From NCBI GenBank assembly GCA_024137785.1, contig JAHRHZ010000146.1:85571-149570 (forward strand): a DNA stretch of 64,000 nt. Direction: 5' to 3'. The number at the start of each line of letters is the position of its first letter. The first letter of the stretch is position 1. The position numbers and the translations under genes were made by a program. The notes beneath the pieces are model-generated. The model was not told the origin of the DNA and did no database searches. It worked only from the letters and a program-made list of their open reading frames with translations. The stretch is from Ginglymostoma cirratum (Eukaryota). Below, in pieces: positions 39,690 to 51,762 of the stretch.

Positions 39690-40090
39690 AAGATTTGGCA
39701 GATCTCTTTGGGATTTGTACCCACCCTCTCCCGAAAAGGAAGTATATATTTAAAATCTAAATGTGTGCTATTTTTGGAATCATTGAGCTTGATGTGGTTG
39801 AATATTTTGCTGTTGGGCTGAAGTCCAGCGATTTGTCTTTGGAGTCATGAGACAGGGCTTCAGTCTGTAACCACTGTCACTTCCTGGCAGCTGGAAAAGT
39901 ATTCCTATAAATTTATTCGCACAGAACATTTACCAAAACTTCAGAGACTAGACAAAGCTCCAGTCTTGAAAATTGTCCCAAGGATAATTGAGATAATGTT
40001 ACGAAGGCACCGTGGGAGTGGAAAGAAGCAGCAACCATGTCATAATGGCACGAACGTGGAAAATTAGCAAAGTCTTACCAACAGTTGTCA
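39690..40090 (-). mobile_element. PIF/Harbinger transposase fossil (DDE core, C-terminal half)
   Basis: ANFPRSCH ... GSDSGYRLKPCLMTPKTNRWTSAQQQNIQPHQAQ*FQK*HTF ... PKEICQIF is collinear with HARBI1-type ARFPGSCH / GDSGYPLxPWLMTP / H..TR..IERTFG. Confidence 0.7.
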
Positions 40091-41614
40091 CTTCAAAGGC
40101 AGTTCTTAACAGAGATTTTCTGACAGGTGAAGAGGATCAATTGGCACAGAAACAGAGAGGAAAATGCTTTATTAATATTTAAGCTGATTTTAAACTGACT
40201 GTCTGGGTGGAGTTTGCACAATCTCCTCATGCCTGTGTGGGCTTCCTCTGGATGCTCCGGTTTAGCTCCAAGGGTCGGTGTGGACTTGTTGGTCTGAAGG
40301 GTCTGTTTCCACACTGGAGGGATTCAATGATTCATTGGAACAGGTCCCTTCGACCTTTGTATTGGTACCAATGTCCCATGAATTTAACCACATTTTTTCC
40401 ACAACAGTCCTCAAGTCACATGTTTATCTTTTTCATCTTCTTGACACTATGCCAATTTGTTTGTGGCTCAGGTCGTAATTGTTGCCTGGTTGTCTCCCTC
40501 AACAACAGTTATTGGCTCAGTATGAAAAGGAAAAGAATTAATTCTGCATCAACTAACCACCACCTTCATTAGTGGAGTTAAAACAATGATACAATTCACA
40601 TCATTTGGTTAGAAAAAGATTAACAGCAGGCATGCAATTCATACAAGGCTAAAATTCATACAACCCACTGGTTTTCAAATGATGCACTCCCTGGACAGTC
40701 AACAGAAACAAAAGCCTGAGAATAGAAACTCACGCAGGCCAGGTGTTTCTTCCAGGTCTGGGGAGGTTCTCCACACTTTCCAAGTGTGGGGTTCATGACT
40801 TCTCGAAAGTTGCTCTCTGGAGTTTATGTTGATGGCACACTGAAATCCTTCATTTTCATCCTTTCTCCCTATCTTCCTGAACTGTGGTGTCTTCTTGTTG
40901 GTTCTCACCTCATCTGAGCATTGGTATCTCTCCATCTTGACCGTGCAAATCTTACTTATCTTAAATATGTTGCTGTTCCCTTTTTAATAGTTCTGTAAGT
41001 CACCTTGAGATGATTTCTTGTGCTGAATGTCCTGCAAACAGAAGTTGCCTTTGATATTGTAGTAATGCATGTCTATAATTTATACGGGTGTTGGTGCCAA
41101 GGAATTTAAGAAAGCTCATTGTCTCATCTAGAGCCTGCTTTTTAATTGGGTTTCTGTTTGGGTTCAGATGACTCGACGCATCTCTTTCTTATCCTTTTGA
41201 CACTTGCTTTTCTTTACCCCAATTTATAGGAATTTGTAAAAGACTGCGACAAGCCACAAGTTCAATTGCCGTCTCTTGCTTTGCCACTGTAGGCTATTTA
41301 GATCAATATTATTGATGATCTGAGATAATTGACAAAAAAAAGCCAACAGCACCATGAAGAAAAGCCCTTCTGTGCAGCAAGTGGCCATTATCTGGAATGC
41401 GCGGTTTTGCGGGAACAAATTCAGTGGTAGCTTTCCGAGGAGAATTGAATCAGCACTTGAAGGGAATAGAACTGCAGTTAACTGGCACAGGCAGAATGGT
41501 CTTCTCTGCTGTCACTAATAAATTATATGTATTAAATAAGACCCAGAAATTGCTACTTAATCACTTCAATTATTTCCCCTAACGACATTTTCCTGGTCTT
41601 TGCTACGTTATGAA

Positions 41615-42185
41615 GCACAAGGGACTTGGGAGTTCTAGCTCAGGGTTCTCTTCAGGTTAACAGCTAGGTTCAGTTGGCAGCTAGGAAGGCAAATGCAATG
41701 TTAGCATTCATTTCGAGAGGGTTAGAATATAAGAACGGAAATGTCCTGCTGAGTCTGTGTTAGGCTCTAGTCAGACCGCATTTGGATATTGTGAGCAGCT
41801 TTCATGTTGTCATTGCCTTCTCTCCATCTCCTCTGCTCTTGTCAGAGGATGTAGCAGGGTATAGATTTGTTGGAGGCATGGGCAGAAAAATGGCAGAGGG
41901 ATGTAAACCAGACAAATGTGAGGTGATGCGTTTTCGAAGGCCAAGCACAGGTGGAAATTACACAGTGAATGGCAGAACCCTTATGAGTATTAATATGCAG
42001 AGGAATCTGGGTGTTGGGTCCACAGATCTCTGGAGGTGGCAGCATAGGTAGATAAGGTGGTTGTGGTGCTGGGAGGGGGTGGTGCGGATGGGGTTGGGGG
42101 GGAGGGGCAGGAATCAACAGAGGACGAGGAAAGAGAAAGCGATTTGCTGAGACCACATCTGGAGGTCATTGTGCAGGTCTTGAAT
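41615..42185 (+). mobile_element. CR1 fragments
   Basis: DKCEVM, LRPHLE. Confidence 0.7.
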
Positions 42186-43896
42186 CTGGAATGTGAGAAG
42201 GAAAAAAGAGAGCGAGGGGAAAAAGGAAGGAAAATTCTGAAGAGTAGAAGCAATGATAGAGACTGTGGTTACGGCAGAGGGGAACGTGTTTAAGAGAAGA
42301 GCTGGAGAAAAAGGTACAACAACAATTTATATTAACCCTTTTGCACAGAGAAACCTCCCAAATATGTCACAGGGGAGTTATGAAACGAAGTTTAACATTG
42401 AACTGACAAAGTAATCCCTCAAACATCTAACACAGAGGTGAGGGTGGAATTTGAATTCTAGTTTTTAAAAAGTCTCGGTTTAAGACTGTAATGATGATCA
42501 TGAAACCATTGCTACTTGTTGGAAAAACCATCTGGTTCATTAATGTCCTTTACGGAAGGAAACTGCCATCCTTACCTGGCCTGGGTTACATGTGACTCCA
42601 GACCCACTGCAATGGGGTTGACTCTGAGCTGCCCTCTGGCCTAGCCATCAACACCCACATTCTGTGAATGTTCTTTTTTAATAACAGGCACAAAAATAAA
42701 ATGTCAGGTGGAGAATTATTTCCTTTTTGAAGGGAGAGAAAGTTGGAGTCCAGAGAGATTTGAAGACAAGAGACACAGTGGGCATACGGGCACCATGGCT
42801 AAATGGTCACTTATGCAGAACAGGAATAAATGAATGCTGCTACCATTATACAGGCATTTGCTGGGACCAGGTCTCTGTGCAGTTCTGACATTCCCCTGTC
42901 GATTTTACACTGAATGGCGGTTACACAGAAAGTTCACTCAGTTTCTCCCTGGAATTAAGGGTTGGCCCTATGGTGGCAGGCAGACTAATTTAGGCCAAGG
43001 TAAGGCAGACTAAGAAGCAATTTCATTCGAACATTGGGGATTGTGGGAACACCACCACCTCCAAGTTTCCCTCCAACTCACTCACCATCCTGACTTGGAA
43101 ATATATCGCTGTCCCTTCACTGTCGCTGGGTCAAAAACCTGGAATTCCCTCCCTAATAGCATTGTGGGTCAACCCACAGCAGGAGGACTGCAGCAGTTCA
43201 AGAAGGCAGCTCACCACCACCTTCTCAAGGGCAACTAGGGATGAACAAGACATGCTGGTCACCCACATCCCACAAATGAATAAAAAAAACTTGACAGAGT
43301 GGACAGCTTGTACCCCCCAGGCTGGGGAATCTATAACACGGGGGCACAGCCTCAGGACGAAGGCCTAATCATTCAGAACTGCACTGAGGAGGAATTACCT
43401 CACTGAATGGGCCATGAGTTTTGTGAAATCTCAACTTTCCCCCCCCTCCCACAAGCGATGTGGAATGCCTGTCGCTGAATATAGTGAAGGCTGTGATCAA
43501 TTCTGCGCACCCTGCCTCAGGTTGGACGTATGGGCCTTAGAATGAGAGCACTGCAGTTTAACCAGAATATCCTTAGAAGGGTGAAATACCGAGGGCAGGT
43601 TACACATTGTGATGCCCAAACAATGGGAAGGGGTAGGGTGGCAGTATTCCTGCCTCTGAGCCAGGAGGCCTGGCTCCAATCCCATCTGCTCCTAGGATGT
43701 GTGATAACATTGTGTGATAACATTGACGAATGGGCTGAGTAGATTGAGGTGTTTAAAATGATGAATGGAATTGATTGGGTCAGTGCAGAAAGACTAATTC
43801 CTCTGGTGAGGGGGGGGGGCAGCACACAACAAGGCGACAAAACCTTGTCAGGCCATTCGGCGGGATATCAGAAAACACGTCTTCAGAAAGAGGGAT

Positions 43897-44026
43897 AATA
43901 GGTACTGCAGATGCTGGAGAACAAGGTTATCTGAAGAAGGATCTAGGCCCGAAACGTCAAGCTTTCCTGCTCCTCTGATGCTGCTTGGCCTGCTGTGTTC
44001 ATCCAGCTCCACACCTTGTTATCTTA
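43897..44026. mobile_element. PLE-tail insertion with short inverted arm and 12-bp TSD
   Basis: TSD agaaagagggat at 43885-43896 and 44027-44038. Confidence 0.8.
43931..43961 (+). ncRNA. Minimal hammerhead ribozyme-like motif (PLE)
   Basis: CTGAAGA-A-GGATCTAGGCCC-GAAA-CGTC. Confidence 0.58.
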
Positions 44027-44289
44027 AGAAAGAGGGATTGGGAACACTCTGCCCCATCCCCACAATACTGAAGCCAGTGCAAATTCCTAAACGGAGATGC
44101 TGGTGGTTTTATTACCGTCAGGGAAGCGGATGAACAGCCAAACAGGTGGTTCCAATGAAGTTAGGTAACAGTTCAATAAGGATCAGTTGGAATGGTGCAA
44201 CACACTACAGGGGCTGAATGGCTTCCTGCTGTTCCCATTCTCTACATCTCTCCCTTTGGATTCCTCTCTTTGACTCCTGAGCCTATATT

Positions 44290-44730
44290 AGCTTCCCAAT
44301 TCCTCCGTCTCCGTCGCATCTGCTCTGACGAGGAGACGTTCCACGCCCAAGCATCCTGGATGTCTGCCTTTTTCAAACAACGTTCATCCAGACAGCCCTC
44401 CGCTGTGCATCCTACATTCCGCACTCCACAGCTCTTAACCACCACCCCACCCAAACATAATAATGATGATAGAGTCCCCCTTGTCCTCACTTCCCACCCC
44501 ACCACCCTCTGCATCCAGTGTATCATCCTCAAACACATCCGCCGACTCTAATTAGACCCCACCACCCAAAACATCTTCCACTGCCCGCCCTTCTCTGCCT
44601 TCTGCAAGGACCATTCCCTTTGTCACTGCTTAGTTCGCGCCACAATCCCCACCAACCACTCCAATCCGCCCGGTACCTTCCCCTGTAACTGTAAAAAATG
44701 CAACCCCTCCCACACACCACCTCCCTCACC
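44290..44730 (+). mobile_element. Penelope-like fragment abutting the ERV
   Basis: SQFLRLRRICSDEETF..RVPLVLTSHP. Confidence 0.8.
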
Positions 44731-47227
44731 TGGTCTGGTGTCTGCAGAGGTAGTCCTGTGAATGGAGAAACTTTAGAGACGATGTTAGTTGCTGGAAGTA
44801 TCTTTGCATTTCTTCTCCCATCACATTCAAGTCAATTTGGGTGGGTGGGCTGGTATTGGCATCCCAGGGTGTTCTGCTGGGTAGGCCATAGACTATTTCT
44901 GCTGCCGAGAGTCCAGTAGTAGAATGGGGTGTTATTCGCATGTGGTACAAAGCTAGGGGCAAAACCTTTAACCAGCTAAGGCCGGTCTCTAACTTCAACT
45001 TGGTCAATTTCGCTTTGAGTGTCCCGTTAGGTTTTTCCACTATCCCTGCCGCCCGGGGGTGGTATGCACAGTGGAATTGCTGCTGGATACGTAATGCATC
45101 ACACGGTTCCTTATTAATCTTTCCTATAAAGTGAGGGCCATTGTCCGAACTAATTTGTCAAGGCACTCCAAACCTCAGTATTATTTCAGTTAATAATAAT
45201 TTTACTACTGTTGAGGCTTTGTGATTTGTCGTTGGAAAAGCCTCTATCCACCTACTGAATACATCTACAATGACAAGACAATATTTATAACTATTTACTC
45301 ACGGTAATTCAATAAAATCTAGCTGAATGCATTCAAACGGGCCACCTGGCAAGGGTGTTTTTCCTGGTGAGCATCTCACCCCCTGACCAACATTGTTTTG
45401 CTGGCATGTTAGACATGATGCTATACAAGACTGGGCTGCCTCAGCCAGTCTGGGGTGCCACCAGGTACGGAGCATGATACCACTCATTCCCTCCTTGCCA
45501 AGGTGGGTGTCAGAATGCAGACAGTCAACAAGCATTGGTAACAAGCATCAGATATACACACACGGCCGACGGGGGTAACCCAAAGGTCTGACGACGCAGA
45601 ATGTGAACATCCATGCGCCTTCCAAATGTCCTTTTCAGAAGCAGGGGCGTCCCCCTGTAAGTGCTGAACAGTGACTATATCGGGCATGCCCGTCTTGTCT
45701 GAAGGAGGCGTTCGATTTACCGCCTGTTTGCTCATAGAGGGCACAATAAAAGTTTGATCCGCAGCAGCCTGTTTGGCAGCCTGATCAGCCCGAGCGTTGC
45801 CCTGAGTAGCTACACAATCGGAGGCATGGGCAGTGCATTTGATAATAGCCAATTGTTTAGGGAAGAGAATCCTCTTCCCCAAGAGAAGCCTGGAGAAGGT
45901 TTTTAAACAAACAGGGAATTCTGGATGGGTGTACCTGAGGACATTAAAAACCCACGCTGAGACCATAACTGGCCAAAGTCGTGGGAGACTCCAAAGGCAA
46001 ACCGAGAGTCGGTGTAAATATTCACTGACTTCCCTGAGGCTAGAATGCAAGCACAGTTACATTAGGGAGCCATGGTCGACAATAATTTACCAAGCCTAAA
46101 AAGGCCCTCATTTGTTTCGGGGTGGTGTGCGCTCCCTCCTTTTGTCCACTAGCGGTCTATTCCGTATTGTGTTTCCTGTTTGTCCGTTTAGTTTTAGACC
46201 TAGTATGACAGAAGATCGGGTCTTTACAAGCCATGGTTTGTCAGGAGGTGCATGTGGGCTGATTACTGAAAGGCTTGGAGATTCTGTAGCAGGAGGTTTG
46301 GGTTGGTCAGCGTACGGTGGCGGTGATAGGGCTACGGGCGATTGCTGAGACTGATGGCAGTGTTGGGGTGCCTCCAGATGTAGGTTGGCCAAGGACGGGT
46401 GGAGGGGGTAGTGGTCCCGATGGGGCAGAGGGGTGCCTTCCCCAGTCCTCCTCGTCTTGCTTATCTGTATCATTATTTTGGAGCAACATCGGCATGCCAG
46501 ATATGTCAGGAGGTACCTCCGATTTTTTATTTTCTGTCAACGCGGCCTGCCGCTCTAATCCCCATTCTTTGTCTCATCTTTCCCTTTCCAGCCTTTCTTG
46601 TTTAACCCTTTCCTGTTCATTCATCTCATGATCCTCACACTGCAGCTTTAAAACAATCCCAAGGTTTAGGTTTTCCCTCACTATCACATGCACTAATCCC
46701 TCTCCTATGTGCATTATCCACCCAACTGGCCAGTTTTGATTTCTCAGTCAGCTCCTCAGCTCTTTTTCTCCAGGATGACATTAACCCTTTCCATTTAATT
46801 CCCGCATTACGTGTCCATATGCCTCTTCTGCTTTAGTACATAGATCGATATCCCACAATCCCCCTAATGGCCAATTCTCATTTCCCAATTTTTTGTTTAG
46901 GCATGCCGACAGACGTCTGTACTGTACTTCCTTTTCGGGGTCATCCAGGCATAACCGATGTAAATGGGTTCCGACACCCGACTTATCTAACGTTTGTCCC
47001 ATTTTTAGCGCTTTTACTTTTTACTTATTTCTATATACTACACCAGTGTCCTTAGTCTCGACACCCACTTCAGGGTCCTGACCTTCGCGTGGGGGATTTC
47101 CCCTCTTAACAACCGTTCTAAGGCAGGGTGATTGAGACAGACAGACATACCTACATCTGAACACTTATTCTACTTTACCAATCTTATACTAACCACAGCC
47201 CCACAGACTTACTTCGTCAATTTTACT

Positions 47228-47420
47228 TGACCTGGGGACTCTAACCTCCCGGATTTTCCAGTTACCCTCCCGACCTAGGGACTCTAACCCCGGCCACCGG
47301 GGGCCTCTAACCTCCCGGATTTTCCAGTTACCCTCCCGACTGGGGACTCTCACCCCGGCCACAGGGGGCCTCTAACCTCCCGGATTTTTCTTTACTAACC
47401 TGGGGACTCGAACCTCCAGG
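47228..47420. repeat. Tandem repeats in ERV leader
   Basis: Unit ctctaacctcccggattttccagttaccctcccgac...ggggactct(a/c)accccggcca, about 68 bp, ~2.5 copies. Confidence 0.85.
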
Positions 47421-47622
47421 CGTTAGGATTTAGCAGAGTGCAAGACCGTGAGCTGTCTCGGGGTTCCGTCAGTCCAGAGCCACGCAGGGACGAGGGGTCG
47501 CACGGGTGGCAGGTTAGTGAGAGAGAGACCAAGGTACCTTGTGGGCTCGTCCGTCTCACTCCACCGACACTCGAACGATCACTTATTCAGTCCTCTACGT
47601 AAGACTGTACAGACATGTTGGA

Positions 47623-47640
47623 ACCCTGCTCGCAGCGCAA
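47623..47640 (-). promoter_or_regulatory. Primer-binding site, tRNA-Ser-like
   Basis: TTGCGCTGCGAGCAGGGT two bases after the LTR end; near-complementary to vertebrate tRNA-Ser 3' ends. Confidence 0.75.
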
Positions 47641-47642
47641 AA

Positions 47643-48748
47643 TGTTAAGGTTCGTTTTTGGAGACCCTCACGGACTTGATGCAATAACAACCTGTTTAGA
47701 AAAACATAAATCCTTTATTACAAAGCAAGTACAAGCTGTGGAGGATCACTGTACTCAACCCGGCACAGAGTGCAGAGTCTCGTAAGCGATTCTCCCCGAG
47801 CAGCGGACAGCCCCCGCTTTTTATACCTTATCGAGTGCATAATACATAAAGCAATTTTACATCTTTACATTTGAGTGACACGGTGGCACAGTGGTTAGCA
47901 CTGCTGCCTCACAGCACCAGAGACCTGGGTTCGATTCCAGCCTTGGGCGTCTGTCTGTGTGGAGTTTGCACATTCTCCCCGTGTCTGTGTGGGTTTTCTC
48001 CGGGTGCTCTGGTTTCCCCCCACAGTCCAAAGATGTGCAGGTTATGTTGATTGGCCATGCTAAATTGCAGATAGTGTTCAGGGAGGGGTAGATTAGGTGG
48101 GTTGTAGGGGTGCATGTCTGGATGGGATGCTCTGAGGTTTGGTGTGGACTTGTTGGGCTGAAGGGCCTGTTCCCACACTGTACGGATTCTAAGTAATCTC
48201 ACAGTGGCATGTTACGTGAAACAATCACTACACCGGACAATGACATGACACAAAAACAATTACTACATCGAAAACATAAAGAGAGCAGGATACAGTATCG
48301 ATCGTTCGCAAAGTGACTGCTAACAGCAGGAGGTGATTTCAAGTTGCTGAAGTGACAGAATGTAATTTCAAGCTGCCGAAGTGTCTGGCTTGAACAAAGG
48401 TCAGTGTCCTGGCCCCTTTAGCAGAAACAGAAGTTACACACTTTACAGGATTTCAGAAGTCTCACCTTTACAAACGTTGCCACCTGATCTTATTTGAGAC
48501 AGCTTCCACATACCCCTGTGCAGGAAGATAAAGATTTACAAAGTTTATACCTCATTCTATTCAGGCAGGAAGCTTAAGGCAGTGTCTTTTCGACTTATGT
48601 ATAGGAAGATAAGGATTTACAAAGTTTTACACCTAATTCTAGTTGGGCAGGAAGTTTTAAGGCAGTGCCTGCATACCTCTGTGTCAACAGATAAAGAGCA
48701 TTAATTTAGAGAGAATAGAGAAATCAATGGGATGTTATCCCAATAACA
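47643..48748 (-). repeat. ERV 5' LTR (contains SINE insertion)
   Basis: TGTTA...TAACA termini; TATAAAAA ~47825-47818; AATAAA 47719-47714; U3 direct repeats at ~48524-48590 and ~48603-48670. Confidence 0.8.
47877..48190 (+). mobile_element. HE1-type SINE inserted in ERV LTR U3
   Basis: A box tggcacagtgg, B box ggttcgattcc, CR1-shared tail. Confidence 0.9.
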
Positions 48749-49140
48749 TCTCAGCCCCTTACTCAAAAACTATGCCTTCTCACGACTGATCCCTCAACCA
48801 AGGGAAACACCTGCTCTCTATTTACCCTGTCAATGTCCCTCATAATCTTATACACCTCGATCACATCACCCCTCCCAGTTTTCTCTGCTCTAAAGAAAAC
48901 CATCAAAGTCTATCTACTCTCTCCTTATAGATCAATTTCTCCATCCCAGGCAACATCTGGCTTCCTCCACTGCTGTCACTTCCTTCCTGTAGTGAGGTGA
49001 CTAGGCCTGCACACCTTACCCCAGCTGTGGCCTGACCTGTGCTCTGTACAACTCCAACATCATCTCCTTGCAAAGACTGATGGAAGAAAGCATCCCATAT
49101 TGCCTTCTTAACTATCCTATTCACGTGCACTGCTGCCTTT
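48749..49140 (-). mobile_element. CR1 fragment flanking the ERV LTR
   Basis: MLPGMEKLIYKERVDRL. Confidence 0.75.
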
Positions 49141-49154
49141 CCCCAAGATTGTTC

Positions 49155-49325
49155 TGGCCTAAACTCCAGTAGCCGCCTCCCCCAACGCCAGCCCAAACCC
49201 AGCAGCCCCTCCCCCAACATGAGCCCAAACCCAGCAGCCCCTCCCCCAGTACCAGCCCAGACTCAGCAGTCCCCTCCCCTAGTACTAGCCCAAACCCAGC
49301 AGCCCCCTCCCTCTCTGAATCCCAG
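49155..49325. repeat. ~30-bp C-rich minisatellite downstream of MHC stop
   Basis: Unit cagcccaaacccagcagcccctccccc. Confidence 0.8.
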
Positions 49326-49631
49326 TCAGACTGGCTCGCAGGGATGGCAGCAGGAAAGCCCAGGAATAGAAAAGGGACCAGCCATGTCCTGGGTGAGATG
49401 CTCCAAGATCTGCTTCCCCCAACACATCGAGCTCCCCACCATAACCCACAATATCTCCAGGGGCAGCAGGAGGACAGTCTCGAAGCTCAGTGGGGATTTG
49501 TGTGAGCTGTTATTTAACACACAGTTAGAGAGTAAGTGGGAGAAGCAGACACTGGGCTCAGATTCCACCCTGGGATCGTACAGTAACCTCCCTCTCCCCA
49601 GCAGCGTCTACTCCCAGAAAGATTCCTACCT

Positions 49632-49678
49632 CTAAGCAGTGGCAAAGGAGCTTGAGGAGGAGTTCCCTTCATCAGAAG
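49632..49678 (-). CDS. MHC class I exon 7 (cytoplasmic end, TSDEGNSSSSSFATA*)
   Basis: caacag acceptor, SD motif and Ser-rich tail, TAG at 49634-49632 followed 2 nt later by a gtagga donor. Confidence 0.88.
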
Positions 49679-49952
49679 CTGTTGATGGAAAGAAACACCT
49701 TTTCAAAAATTGTTTACCATCAGGGAACACAGACAGGTTCACATGGTGGGAGGTGGGGTCAACATGGACAGGGGAGATGGACAGACAAATAAAGGGGGTT
49801 TGACACAGTCTGACATATACAAACACACGGACACAGCAGGAGACATCAGTCAGAAATGAAGACAGTGTAATGAAGGGCTCACTGCACACACAGAATGAAG
49901 AACATTGCCTGCTCTTTCGTTCAATAACAAACAGTGATTGGAGTAAACTTAC

Positions 49953-49985
49953 TTTTTGCTGGATTGTAGCCAGTCTCCTGGCCTG
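49953..49985 (-). CDS. MHC class I exon 6 (cytoplasmic, AGQETGYNPAK)
   Basis: tttacag acceptor, gtaagt donor, 33 nt, conserved cytoplasmic Tyr. Confidence 0.88.
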
Positions 49986-50592
49986 CTGTAAAACAAAGAA
50001 AGCTCAGTTAGTGACCACACCCCCACAGTCAGGGGAGAGATGTGGGAGGCTGAGACTGTTTACTCCCAGCCAGTCACCTCTCACATCCCCCGAGTGCAGC
50101 TCTTACTGAGAGCTGAGTACAGAGGGATAAGAGGGGACCAGTTCACAACACTGGCCCCACCCCCCTCCCACCCTGCCCCTCCCCAGAGCCTGTCCAACAT
50201 CCCCCCATCCTCTTGAGAGTCTGAAATCCTTCTTGATTTCTTCATTCTACCCATAAAATCTCCACTGGCCATTCACCTCTCAATTATTCTCTCTTATTAC
50301 TACATTGTCATCATCATTAATCACCAAGGCTACGCCTCCCTCATGACCATTACTGAGTAGATGTCACTCCTGGTCTAGATCAAGCAGCCCTGTATACCGT
50401 CTCCTATCCTCCACACTCATCTTTCAATCTGTACAATTTGTTCCCCACACTCCACATGTTTGTGTGAAGAAAGCTTTCCCCATTCCCATTCAATCTTACC
50501 CCCTCACTCTCCAACACAACTCCCCAATCTCTCCCCACACCCAGAGTCCCCTCCCACAGCATGTACCTGCCTATTCTCACCCAAACTCCTAC

Positions 50593-50689
50593 CTTTCTTT
50601 TTGTACCAGACGACCCCAGCGATGGTCGCAATAATCACCAGGAGGACAACGACAACACCAATTATAACTGGGAGCATGGAGCTTTGGTT
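50593..50689 (-). pseudogene. MHC class I exon 5 (connecting peptide/TM), frameshifted
   Basis: The spliced frame reads EPK.., but the TM segment SSMLPVIIGVVVVLLVIIATIAGVVWYKKK lies in another frame; 97 nt. Confidence 0.9.
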
Positions 50690-50898
50690 CTGAAAAAATA
50701 TAAAACGACAAAAGGTGGTCACACGTCAGCAATCCATTACAGAATACAGGCAGACAGAGGACACAGTTGCCCTGTCTCATGGACATACTGTACCTGCAAC
50801 ACAGCTCATCACTGGTTCCTCTCTGGGAGAGAGACTTAATCCTCACACTTTGCTCAGTACAGATTCTTCTTCTGGATCACATTGAGAGAAATCCTCAC

Positions 50899-51162
50899 CA
50901 TAAAACACAACTGGCTTCTGCTCCAATTCATCATGATCCACCACACAGGAGTACTTGGCCTGGGAATTCGGGTCAGACTCTGTCCATCTGTGGATCTGGT
51001 AAGACCCATCGTGATTGGGTTGGACTCCAGTGGATTCCGTCTCATCGATCTTTGCACCGTCTCAGAACAGATTCACGTCAATGGAATGAGAGTAGAACCC
51101 AGTGGCGACACAGGAGAGCTGTTTATTACCACTCACAGAGGTAAACGTCACAGAGGGTTTGA
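50899..51162 (-). pseudogene. MHC class I exon 4 (alpha3 Ig-C1 domain) with one premature stop
   Basis: VKPSVTF...LSCVATGFYSHSIDVNLF*DG...PNHDGSYQI...YSCVVDHDEL; cccag acceptor, gtgagg donor; 264 nt. Confidence 0.95.
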
Positions 51163-51489
51163 CTGGGAGAGAGAGGGAGACAGACAGAGTGGGAGTAAGG
51201 TTACATAAGGAGGAAGAGACTTAACAAAGTGACACCCTCGCACCCTCACTCACAGTCTCTCCATTCCCACTCTGAGCACCCTCACATCCTGTCCCTGTGC
51301 CCACTGAATCATTCCAACTCCTTTCTCACTCTTCCACCCAACACCTTATTCTCTTTCCTTCACTCTCTCTCTCTTTTACTCTGTCTTTTCCTCCACCCTA
51401 CAACCATCACTCACCCTCCATCCACCCATACCTCAGTCCCTTTCCCGCTCACTCTCTTTCTTCACTTCTGCAATCTCCCTCTCACTTAC

Positions 51490-51762
51490 CTGCTCTCAGC
51501 TCTTTCTCTCCAAACCGAAGATATTTTTGTAGCTAATAGATACATTCCTTCTCCAGGTAACCATTGTCTTGTTGGTTCCTTGCCCTGTCCTGATCCCACT
51601 TGTTCTTGCTGATCTCCGCTCAGCTTATAGGCGTGACCCACACCATTCTGTCCTTGTCAAAGCTAATCAGGTCCTTCCCATCCCAGCCATACCGCCCAAA
51701 TGCCCGGGTGCTGCCATCATCCCCGAGCTCACAGCCATACATCAGCTGGACGGTGTGGATCC
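51490..51762 (-). pseudogene. MHC class I exon 3 (alpha2 domain) with two premature stops
   Basis: GIHTVQLMYGCEL...WDGKDLISFDK...TPIS*AEISKNKWDQD...GYLEKECIY*LQKYL; ctacag acceptor, gtaagt donor; 273 nt. Confidence 0.95.

Larger units (their letters stand above)
44730..48748 (-). mobile_element. Class I (gamma/epsilon-like) endogenous retrovirus, internally deleted, lacking env and 3' LTR
   Basis: LTR, PBS, gag start MGQTLDK (47002), PSAP and PPPY late motifs, RT remnant TTPKQMRAFLGLVNYCRPW, RNase H NIYTDSRFAFG..GNARADQAAK, integrase HHCC and QLDF..SDNG..E. Confidence 0.92.

Noticed and set aside
49219-49635. Pro/Gln-rich 138-aa ORF
   Set aside because: Derived from the 30-bp minisatellite, antisense to the MHC 3' region
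51620-51622. TGA as selenocysteine or read-through in MHC alpha2
   Set aside because: An additional TAG, another TGA and a frameshift make pseudogenisation the simpler explanation
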